DNA of 32,000 bases. Source: Candidatus Saccharimonadota bacterium. Its GTDB lineage: Bacteria > Pseudomonadota > Alphaproteobacteria > CAJXXZ01 > 1604HC. The position numbers were made by a program, and so were the translations under genes. This document shows positions 17,581 to 27,000 of the stretch, one piece after another. A model generated the notes under the pieces. That model ran no database searches, was not told the origin of the DNA, and saw nothing but the letters and a program-made list of their open reading frames with translations. The stretch spans positions 540,001-572,000 of the forward strand of contig NZ_CP043316.1 of assembly GCF_008189405.1 (NCBI RefSeq), read 5' to 3'. How positions within the stretch are numbered: position 1 is the first letter of the stretch; every line of letters starts with the position of its first letter.

Positions 17581-17910
17581 ATGCTAAATTCTTATCACAA
17601 AGGCATGTTTTACGAATTATTATCAATTTTGATCCTATCTATTAGAGGTCATAGAATTCTGAAATGGCGTTGCAAAACTCCTGTAGGTGAGATCGATATT
17701 ATTTCTAAAAAAGGGAAGCATATTTTTATCAATGAAGTAAAATACCGCAAAAACATCGAAGATGCATATCATTTTATAAACCCAAAGTACCAGAATAGAC
17801 TAGAAAAAACATATTATTGGTGGCTATATAATAATTCAAAATTTGAATCTCTGGAACCACAATTCAAGTATATTTTTTGGCATAAAATGTTTAGAATGAA
17901 GTATATATGA
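17581..17910 (+). CDS. yraN: YraN-family (UPF0102) predicted endonuclease
   Basis: The size is about 110 aa. The core GEIDIISKKGKHIFINEVKYR matches the YraN family signature (GEIDLI...vfVEVK.R). Confidence 0.75.
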   Translation: MLNSYHKGMFYELLSILILSIRGHRILKWRCKTPVGEIDIISKKGKHIFINEVKYRKNIEDAYHFINPKYQNRLEKTYYWWLYNNSKFESLEPQFKYIFWHKMFRMKYI

Positions 17911-18362
17911 CAAAATGGCACTTAATAACTGATGGTTCATGCTTAGGTAATCCTGGAAAGGGTGGATGGGCATTTATTCTTACAAATGAAGAAATAGAAA
18001 CTATCAAATCTGGATATGAAGAAACAACAACAAATAATCGTATGGAATTGCAAGCATTAATTAGTGGATTAAAACTTTTTGCATCTAAATATGATAACCC
18101 ATTAACAGTGACGATGGATAGCCAATATATTTTGAATGGGATTAAATCTTGGATGGCAAATTGGAAGAAGAACAATTGGAAAACAAGCGCAAAGACTGCA
18201 GTAAAAAACCAAGATTTGTGGCAAGAATTAGATAAAACTATGAACAATATGAAATTAAGTTTTAATTGGACTAGAGGGCATAATGGGCATATTCTACATG
18301 ACAGAGTTGATGTCATTGCTAGATGTGCTGCAACCCAGCATGCACGATGTCAATGTGCATAA
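17907..18362 (+). CDS. rnhA: Ribonuclease HI
   Basis: TDGSCLGNPGKGGWAFIL, TTNNRMELQALISGL, DSQYILNGIKSWMANWKKNNWKTS, VKNQDLWQEL and W.RGHNGH...DRVD are near-colinear with E. coli RNase HI. The gene overlaps yraN by 4 nt (ATGA). Confidence 0.92.
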   Translation: MTKWHLITDGSCLGNPGKGGWAFILTNEEIETIKSGYEETTTNNRMELQALISGLKLFASKYDNPLTVTMDSQYILNGIKSWMANWKKNNWKTSAKTAVKNQDLWQELDKTMNNMKLSFNWTRGHNGHILHDRVDVIARCAATQHARCQCA

Positions 18363-18550
18363 AATAAATAATGCAAAACAACTATAACAATTAATTACAA
18401 AATTTGAATATAATAATAATTTGTGAATCTGATAAAATCTTATAATAAACTTTACAGCATGTTATCTTGTAATTCTCAATTTCACTTAACATGATATAAC
18501 AGTTTTATTTATAAATTTACTCAAATATCATAGTTATTGATGAGCTTCTA

Positions 18551-18988
18551 TTACCTGCTCATAGCCATAAAATCAGACTCACAAACCAACACATCATTTA
18601 CAAATCCAGATCCAGAAAATTGGAAAATAGATCTTCTTTTTGATTTTTGTTTAACAATAAACTTCACATTATCACCTGGTTCGACAGACTTCCTGAATTT
18701 CGCTTTTTCAATTGACATGAATGCAACTCCACTTGGAATCTCTTCCTCATCATGTTTATAGGAATAGGCCACACACAATGTAGCAAGCTGAGCCATTGCT
18801 TCTATTAAAATCACACCTGGAACTACTGGATGATCTGGAAAGTGACCAGCAAAGAAATGTTCGTTAATAGTAAAACATTTATGCCCAATAGCAAACTCCC
18901 AAACTTTCACTTCTTCTATTTTATCTAAAAACAAAAATGGAAATCTATGAGGAATTAAATTTTGTATTTGCGCAGTATTAAATAGCAT
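18551..18988 (-). CDS. fabZ: 3-hydroxyacyl-[ACP] dehydratase FabZ
   Basis: IQNLIPHRFPFLFLDKI and FAGHFPDHPVVPGVILIEAMAQ are canonical FabZ motifs. Confidence 0.93.
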   Translation of the reverse strand: MLFNTAQIQNLIPHRFPFLFLDKIEEVKVWEFAIGHKCFTINEHFFAGHFPDHPVVPGVILIEAMAQLATLCVAYSYKHDEEEIPSGVAFMSIEKAKFRKSVEPGDNVKFIVKQKSKRRSIFQFSGSGFVNDVLVCESDFMAMSR

Positions 18989-19530
18989 TATTTATCATCT
19001 TTATTTAATTCTTGAATGATTTGATCTGTAACATTTGTTACAAATGCATTATCTTTCGAAAATGCAACAACTGATGCAACAGAAATTATAATCATATTTG
19101 AATTTTTATTTGTTATTTTCTCTGACTCTTTAATAACTTTTTGCTGAAATTTTTCAATTATATTATTTTTTAATGAATTCATTTCTTCACTTTTAGCTTC
19201 AACCTCTTTTTGGAAAGATTCTTGCTGTTTGATCAATTGATTTTTTGATTCTTTCAATGCATTCTTTTCAGAATCGTTTTTTGCCAATTCTTGTTTCTTT
19301 TTCAATGCTTCAAACTCACTATTTAGTTTGTTTTGTTTCTCTTGCCACTCTTTACTATACTCTGAATTAAGCCTAGTTAGTTTTTGCTTCAATTCTCTGA
19401 TCATATTTGATGAAGATGCAATTTTATCCATATCGATCATCGCAATTTTGATATTATTCGACTTAACATTTGTCTCAGCATTTGCAAATAAAGCAAATGA
19501 TACACAACACATTATGATTTTAAATAACAT
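18988..19530 (-). CDS. skp: OmpH/Skp-family periplasmic chaperone
   Basis: The signal peptide is MLFKIIMCCVSFALFANA. The protein is 180 aa with a K/E/Q-rich helical body. It occupies the conserved position between bamA and fabZ, and its stop overlaps the fabZ start by 1 nt. Confidence 0.7.
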   Translation of the reverse strand: MLFKIIMCCVSFALFANAETNVKSNNIKIAMIDMDKIASSSNMIRELKQKLTRLNSEYSKEWQEKQNKLNSEFEALKKKQELAKNDSEKNALKESKNQLIKQQESFQKEVEAKSEEMNSLKNNIIEKFQQKVIKESEKITNKNSNMIIISVASVVAFSKDNAFVTNVTDQIIQELNKDDK

Positions 19531-19605
19531 AATTCCTCCTTATAATACATTAATCTAAACTTGCCCACATTAAAAGAACTTTCTATAAAAAATTCTAACT
19601 TAAGA

Positions 19606-22233
19606 TTATCTTAAAAATCCAACATTCAGTGTATTAAACGCATTTAAAGGTGATTTTGATCCAAGAAGTGGATAGTTTAAGGAAATTCCTAGTCCAAACA
19701 TTCCTAATTTAAACTCTAATCCAGCTCCACATGATGCAACTGCTTTATACCTATTTTGCACTATATCTGCTGTATTATGATCCCATCCCCTTATATTACA
19801 TAATTCTCTTGGAACTTTTTGTGATTCCAACCCACAGTCCCATAAGCTTCCTACGTCAAGAAATGCGAACCATTTAGATTGAAATGCTTTTGGCAAAATA
19901 AATGGAGCAGTAAATGTTGCGCTAGCACTAACAAACCTTTTTCCACCTAAAGTATTAAATCTCAAAGTATCTCTTGGCCCATGATGATCAAACCCCCTTA
20001 CATTTGCAGATTTAAAATTATCAAACCAGCTATAATTATTTATCGGGATTATACTTCCTCCAGAAACTTTAATCACAAAATTATATTGATCTGTGAAGTT
20101 TCTTGTAAATTGCATAGATGCTATATTTTTTAGGAAATTTGAAGTTCCAATATTTAATGAAGTGCCTAATTTAGCATTTAATACATTCTTATCATCATAG
20201 CTAGTAACTGAAAAAATGTAATTGCAATTTAATGCAACCTGATTCTTCCATTGACCAAATTTCTTTACGTTTTTATCAAAAAAGCGAGTTATTCCAATTC
20301 CTGTAGCATGAACATCTTTAGAATTTTTGATATATTTTACGTCATCTTCAATTGCAATATGCTTTACACTTGGTGCTATTGCCAATGATATCCCATGATT
20401 TTTATTAGAATATTGAATACCTGCACGCAAATCAGACCCTCTTGTTTTTGTTAATACAACTTGATTATTTTCATTCCAATATTCTACTTTATTGTCTGCA
20501 TCATCTGCATTTAACCCATTAGGATTTGATTCTTTTGCAAGACTATCCGCATCAAGTTTTTTAGGAGCTAATTTGATATTATAATACTTATCATTATTTA
20601 CATTATTAGTTTTGTTCAATATGCCTGAGTGCTTCATTCTTTGTGCAATCACTTGATATTGATTAGATACCTTATCAGACCATGTATTAAAATTAATCAT
20701 ATTCTCTTTAAAGCTACTATCTGCTTTTGCTGGCAAGAAAAACAAATCTCCACCAACAAATAAGTGCAGTGGTTTTCCATTAATGAATCTTTCCTCTATC
20801 TCAGCTCCTAATGTTCTAGCATCACGAGATAAAGATAAATCTATTTGTACATTTTTACCTAGACCTAAGAAATTAATATCTTTATATCCAATTGCAAATT
20901 CATATTCCATTCTTTTCTGGAAACTTGCGCTTAATTTAAAAAGTATTGTTCCAGTTTTAGCTTCTTTATAATCTAATATTAAATCTACTAACCCATCATA
21001 CTCTTCAGGAACAATTGAAACATTCTCACAAAATCCAGATAACATTATATTTTTCTTACTTGCAAATATATTTCTATCAGATAAAATATCACCTGGCTCT
21101 ATAGCCATTCTTTTCAAGATTGCATTTTTATGTGTTCGTGTATTTCCATTAATAAATATATTATTTACTATTTTAGGTTGTGTTTTTGAAGTATGAAATT
21201 CTACATTTGCGTAACCTTTCTCCTTTATAATCTCATATCTAACTTTGTAATTATAATACCCTGAATCATGTAGCTTATCCTCTATAATAGCTTTGGCTTT
21301 TTTGATTTTCTCTTCTGAAAATACCATGCCTTTACTGATAATATCATGAATATCAATTTTTACAGGAGTGAATACTGCTATATTCTTAAATTTATACTGC
21401 ACTCCCTCTTCTAAGTTCACGACTAACACTTTATCATTATTAATCAATTCAATACTTATAGAAGTGATTTTAAAATCTAAATAACCTAGATTATGGGCGT
21501 ATTTCTCAAGCTGAATCTCACTTTGCTCAATAGAAGAAACACTAATACTTGTTTGTGTAAAAAGACCTAATACCGTTTTATTTTTTTTTGCTAAACTATT
21601 ATACAAATCATCTTTATGAAACTCTTTATTCCCAATAAATATTGCTTTTTGAACTAATTTTGGCTTCTTAACTGTAATGATAAATTTCAAGTTTATGCTG
21701 CCGTTCTCTTCATATGAATAGGACTTTACATCTACATATGCTGTTTCTTCAAACATTTGGTAAGTAGTACGCAATAAAGCTTCAGTTGATTTAATTGTTT
21801 GTGGTGAAATAAAGTTTCTTTTTTTCAGCCCTGTAACAGCTTCCCAATTTTCATTTAATGATACAGAATTTTCAACTTTATAAGTAACTTTCTTCAATAT
21901 TGGAAATTCTTCAACCTTCACATGCCATACGCCTTTTTTCTTTATTACATCAATCTTTTTAAAATAATTCTGCTCACTTAGAATTGATATAATATTATCT
22001 TTATCTATATCATGTATGGAATTTAATAAGGATTTAATCACATCTGTGGAAATTCGTTTATTTCCTTCAATGATATATTCTCGATCAGTAAGATGACTCT
22101 TCTCGTGTAATTCATTACTTATATCTGGTTTGGCAAATTCATGATTTATGGTTGATTTAGAAGGTTCACACTTCACGTAAGAAGCTGCAATTAAGTAACT
22201 AAATAAAATTGATAATAAAATAGAATTCATCAA
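19606..22233 (-). CDS. bamA: Outer membrane protein assembly factor BamA (875 aa)
   Basis: A signal peptide is followed by repeated POTRA-like modules, including FINGNTRTHKNAILKRMAIEPGDILS. The barrel starts at KEAKTGTILFKLSASF. The conserved loop-6 VRGF motif is present (SANVRGFDHHG). The gene overlaps rseP by 4 nt. Confidence 0.88.
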   Translation of the reverse strand: MMNSILLSILFSYLIAASYVKCEPSKSTINHEFAKPDISNELHEKSHLTDREYIIEGNKRISTDVIKSLLNSIHDIDKDNIISILSEQNYFKKIDVIKKKGVWHVKVEEFPILKKVTYKVENSVSLNENWEAVTGLKKRNFISPQTIKSTEALLRTTYQMFEETAYVDVKSYSYEENGSINLKFIITVKKPKLVQKAIFIGNKEFHKDDLYNSLAKKNKTVLGLFTQTSISVSSIEQSEIQLEKYAHNLGYLDFKITSISIELINNDKVLVVNLEEGVQYKFKNIAVFTPVKIDIHDIISKGMVFSEEKIKKAKAIIEDKLHDSGYYNYKVRYEIIKEKGYANVEFHTSKTQPKIVNNIFINGNTRTHKNAILKRMAIEPGDILSDRNIFASKKNIMLSGFCENVSIVPEEYDGLVDLILDYKEAKTGTILFKLSASFQKRMEYEFAIGYKDINFLGLGKNVQIDLSLSRDARTLGAEIEERFINGKPLHLFVGGDLFFLPAKADSSFKENMINFNTWSDKVSNQYQVIAQRMKHSGILNKTNNVNNDKYYNIKLAPKKLDADSLAKESNPNGLNADDADNKVEYWNENNQVVLTKTRGSDLRAGIQYSNKNHGISLAIAPSVKHIAIEDDVKYIKNSKDVHATGIGITRFFDKNVKKFGQWKNQVALNCNYIFSVTSYDDKNVLNAKLGTSLNIGTSNFLKNIASMQFTRNFTDQYNFVIKVSGGSIIPINNYSWFDNFKSANVRGFDHHGPRDTLRFNTLGGKRFVSASATFTAPFILPKAFQSKWFAFLDVGSLWDCGLESQKVPRELCNIRGWDHNTADIVQNRYKAVASCGAGLEFKLGMFGLGISLNYPLLGSKSPLNAFNTLNVGFLR

Positions 22234-23129
22234 AACATACCTTTAAAAAATGGACTTATATCTTTAAACATTACGAATATCATAATTGCAAAAGCAATAT
22301 ACATAGTAATCCCTGAAAATACTCGCGCAAACCTTGGGCTAATTAGATTTAGCACTTCATGCAAAATTCTACCTCCATCTAGTGGTAAGATTGGCATAAG
22401 ATTTATCACCCCTAATCCTATAGATAAGATAATTAACCAATTCAAAATATCAGCAAAATGATGATTCGCAATTATATTTTTAGTAGCTTTAATAACACTT
22501 ACAGGGCCATTTAATTTCAGTGACATATTCTTAATAGAACGAATCAAGTGGCTTGCTGTTTTAATAAATAAATTCACAGAATATTTGATAGAACAAATAA
22601 TAGATTTTACCAATCCAATTCTATTATATGACAAAGTTTCTTTAACCTGTTTGATATTATCACTCATCACGAAAGAATTATCTTTTAATATGATTTTATA
22701 CATTTTTTGATTGCTATTCGATTCCAAACTAATTGAGCCAATATAGACTTCTTCAATCGCAGATATCTCATTATTATTCAAATACATTTTATTAGCAGGT
22801 TGACCAAAGTAATATAAAGATATAAATGATATGAAAATTGAGAAAATTAGGTTCCCAATTGGTCCTCCCAAATATAAAAACACTTTAGGGAAGAATCGTA
22901 GATTCTGCTCTTCACATTGAATATATCCACCTAATGGAAGCAGCTTTATAACCCACTTTGTTTGTCTTTTATCTACATATGAAATAATATTAGGCCCAAA
23001 ACCAATAGAAAACTCCTTAACTTGAGCTCCATTCAATCGAGCTATAAAATAATGACCTAATTCATGAAATATTACTATGATACCTATTACAGACACTGTT
23101 AATATTAAATTTAATATATTTAAATGCAT
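22230..23129 (-). CDS. rseP: Site-2 (RIP) zinc metalloprotease RseP-like, shortened (299 aa)
   Basis: The HExxH motif lies in the first TM segment (IVIFHELGHYFIAR). The C-terminal motif is NLMPILPLDGGRILHE. The gene occupies the conserved position upstream of bamA. Confidence 0.8.
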   Translation of the reverse strand: MHLNILNLILTVSVIGIIVIFHELGHYFIARLNGAQVKEFSIGFGPNIISYVDKRQTKWVIKLLPLGGYIQCEEQNLRFFPKVFLYLGGPIGNLIFSIFISFISLYYFGQPANKMYLNNNEISAIEEVYIGSISLESNSNQKMYKIILKDNSFVMSDNIKQVKETLSYNRIGLVKSIICSIKYSVNLFIKTASHLIRSIKNMSLKLNGPVSVIKATKNIIANHHFADILNWLIILSIGLGVINLMPILPLDGGRILHEVLNLISPRFARVFSGITMYIAFAIMIFVMFKDISPFFKGMF

Positions 23130-23293
23130 ATTTCATTTTAGCTAATAAATAAATTCAGAGCAATGAACGCTGTAAAATAACACTTAGGCTAATAGTATTA
23201 ACATTACATCAATAAATCATGCTTCATGAAAAGAAAATGTATGTAATAATTAAAATAAAATTTACCTTTACAGATTATTTTTCTTGTTAAGCT

Positions 23294-24028
23294 ATGATTA
23301 ATAATAAGATAGAAAATTCTTTTTTGATGAATTGTTTCCAAGAATTTATAAATGAAGTATTAAAGTTTCGTGAATTAGTATTGTTTAATAAAACAAGCTC
23401 AAATGCTAAAGAAATACAGGAGACGTTAATCAGGTTTATTATTTATAAACGAGATTTAGCAATAGAAGAGGGCACATTAATAGAAGCAGGATATCATGAA
23501 ACTTCATATATTATGGCTGTATTTGCAGATGAAATCTTCATCAATCTAGATTGGGTTCATAAAGATGATTGGAAGAAAAATAATTTAGAGACTCAAGTAT
23601 TTGATACGCATATAGGTGGTAGAAAATTATTTGAGAATATTGATCGTTTCTTGGACTCTAATGCAACTTATAAATATGATATAGGAAGTGCATACTTGTT
23701 TTGCTTAGGTTTAGGTTTCCGTGGAAAATACAGAGGAATAGATGATCATAATACTATACAAAATTATAAAAATAAATTATTTGATATAATCAACAACTAT
23801 GAATCTAATGTGAATGACAATAGCTTATTCCCACAGGCTAAACAACATACAATTGTAAAGATCTCTACAGCAAGAATGAGCAGTTATAAAGTATGGTCCA
23901 TGATCCTTGGGATTACAGTGCTAATTTATGCAAGCTTCAGCTATCTTGTATGGTATAGATCTGTCAAAGAAATATCTACATTAATCGATATTAGCCAAAA
24001 AGATATAGAGAGTATTAAAAATGGATAA
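23294..24028 (+). CDS. tssL: Type VI secretion membrane-complex protein TssL (DotU/IcmH family), no peptidoglycan-binding extension
   Basis: The DotU-like cytoplasmic domain includes ETSYIMAVFADEIFINLDW...W and YDIGSAYLFCLGLGFRGKYRG (compare LE.yylCLaLGF.GrYr). A single C-terminal TM segment follows (VWSMILGITVLIYASFSYLVWY). The stop overlaps the tssM start (ATGGATAA). Confidence 0.75.
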   Translation: MINNKIENSFLMNCFQEFINEVLKFRELVLFNKTSSNAKEIQETLIRFIIYKRDLAIEEGTLIEAGYHETSYIMAVFADEIFINLDWVHKDDWKKNNLETQVFDTHIGGRKLFENIDRFLDSNATYKYDIGSAYLFCLGLGFRGKYRGIDDHNTIQNYKNKLFDIINNYESNVNDNSLFPQAKQHTIVKISTARMSSYKVWSMILGITVLIYASFSYLVWYRSVKEISTLIDISQKDIESIKNG

Positions 24029-27000
24029 CTTATTAACTACATTTATTATTAGCATGGTATCTGCATCAACATTCATGCTTTTAAATAAATCATATGTGAA
24101 AATGCCAAAAATAATTGCTTTTTTACGTAAGCATATCAAAAGCTTTGCAAAGTATGTTGCAAATTTATTCAGATTCGAAGCAGTATTTGATGATAGAATA
24201 AATAAATCATTTGACCATAATATGCATATTTTGTACTCATTTTTAGGTAGTGAAAATTTCAAATATAAGCTCCCATTTATAATGGTTATTGGATCTGAAA
24301 GATCTGGAAAATCTGCCATAATTAATAGCTTGAAATTAGAGCGTACAATTGATGATCTAACTGAAAAAAATGAATTTTGTAATTGGTCATTTTTCAATGA
24401 TGCTGTATTTCTTGAGATGCATAGTGCATTATTTTCATCAGGAGATTCATATGTATCCTCAGATGCAAGTAATTGGAATAAATTATTAAACACACTATCT
24501 TACCATAGACCTGAACGACCAATTGATAGCTTAGTTCTAACTATTTCTATAGAAGATATTCTTGATCACTCTATTAATTTAAGCAATATTGCAGAGCATT
24601 ATTATATCAAACTATGGAAAATGCAAAAAACATTCAAAGTGAATTTTCCTATTTATGTTGTCTTTACTCATACAGATTTGATTCCAGGATTTTCACACTT
24701 TGTGCATGCTATACAAGAAACCCTACAAGATGACATATTCGGATGGTCTAATCCACATTCAGTTAATGCAATTGAAAATATAGAATTTATAGAAGATGGA
24801 ATTGATCAAATTATTAATCGATTAATGTTAATACAACAAGAAATCATGGCAAAAGAAATATCTTCAGAAAATGGAATGTTCGTCTTTCCATTTGAAATAC
24901 ATAAACTCAAGCAAAGATTATCAGAATTTATGTACTATATTTTTAAAAGAAATTCACTACACGATCATTTTATGTTACGAGGCATTTATTTCACTGGATC
25001 ATCAAAGCACAATGCATATGTAAACCATGAATTCTCACAATCATTACAAAGTGTAGAGTTTGGATCGATTGTTAAAGCATCTTCATTGCATACTTCAGAT
25101 GATATATTATTTACTACTAATTTATTTACAGATAAGATATTCAAAGAAAAAGGACTTACTTTCCCATTATCTGGAAATATACTTAATAATTCTGCGAAAG
25201 TTAGAATGCTACAATATTTAGTTGGCTCTGTAATAATAGGTGGAATTGTAAGCCTAATCCACTATGATTTGAGAATGAACAAAGTAAAATCTGAATTAAA
25301 GCATAATATTTCTAATATTCGATTATCAATTCATAATGCAAAATTAATATATAAAGGGTCATATGATGAGTTAGATAATGCAATATTTGAAGAGCAGTCT
25401 ATTAAAATAATTAATGCCATGAAGCAAATACACCCTAAAGATTTATTTTCATACTCTATGCCACCATCCTGGTTTTCTTCGATCCAAAGCAGGTTGAACA
25501 CTCTATTAGGCAGAGCATATAATACTGTTGTTTTCAGATTTATTATGAATAAATTTAATAATGATCTGAAAATGCTTGTATCTGATTACACTAATGATAA
25601 AATATCATACAAAAAGAATTTTCACCCATTACATTCCCGTGAATTCATTGCACTAAATTCATATATCACTAAAATTGCTAAATTAGAAAATATACACTAT
25701 AAAATCAAACGAGTCCCACATCTAAGAAATATTAATGATGTAATATATATAATGAAGCATCTCCTAAATATAGATGTGAGCAAGAGCCTTATACATAATA
25801 AGCGTGTATTCCAAAATGCATTAAAACATGTGCAAGTTGATATTCACTCATTTGATTCATACAAGAAAAATATTCGCATTAAATCTACAGGATTATTTGA
25901 TAAATTTATAAATCATGCATTAGAATATGATAAAGTAATTCCTAATATTACAAAAATAGAAAGTATTCTAGAGCGTATTGAGCAAAAAGAGAATTACGAT
26001 ATAGAATCATTAACTTCTTATTTTAATCAACTAACATCTGTATTTAACAAACAAGATTTGCTGTGGATATCTAGCAATAAATCCAAATTTGGTGAACAAA
26101 TAAACCACATGCTATATAAAGCGCAGGATAGTAATGTTTTAGGCCTTAAAATTGCACAAAACATGAAAGAAAAAATTGAATTAAAGATTAAACAGCTAAA
26201 GCAAAAAGTAGTCAAACATAGACTACCTATGATTGGTGTAATATTTCAAGATAATGATAATGGACAATTAGATTTTTCTAAAGATTTTGCAGAATTCCAA
26301 GGAATGCTTAATTTACTTGCTGGACAAAGTTTTATGAAAAACACTGATTATAAGATCAATCCTGACCTAAAAAGTAATATAGTTAAATGGAATTTACTCA
26401 AACTGGCAGAAATTGTAAAAATAATTAATGAGTTCAATAAATTCTCCAGCCATAAGATTCTGTATAAGCATGAAAAAATCACACATGCCATGGCAATGGT
26501 CACATGCAGTAGTGTCATTAAAAATATTAAATATAACCTAGTCAGTAGCCAAAGCCAATTTGATAATCTTGAATCTGATAATACTTTATTATCTAATATT
26601 CATCAAAACCTTGATGAAGCAAACAAATATCTCATTAAAATTTTATTATTTGTCAAAAACCGAAACTCTAATCTATTTACAGAGCTAAAAAATGTTTTAC
26701 AAAAGCAAAATATATTATTCTTAGAAAAGTTAGATCAATTACTACAAAAGAAAGATTTATATAATATTTCTAACTCTGATCTATATTTAAATGGCACAAA
26801 AGAAGATATCCAAGAATACATTGCAAAACAGCAGGAACAAATTAAATACCTATCAGAACTTTCTATACCTTCTGTACAAATACTAAGCAAAATCTCAGAT
26901 ATAGGATTAAAAATCTACTCTCCTATATTAAATAAATGGTCTGAAATCAATGATGCAGTAGTAAGAAGCAAGGAAGGAAAAAGCAATCAAATCAAATCAA

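Noticed and set aside
23130-23293. Divergent promoter elements between rseP and tssL.
   Set aside because: I could not identify a -35/-10 pair that stands out from the AT-rich background, so no call is made.
23981-24493. A 170-aa minus-strand ORF across the tssL/tssM junction.
   Set aside because: It is antisense to two genes that have family motifs and a coupled overlap. It has no motifs of its own.
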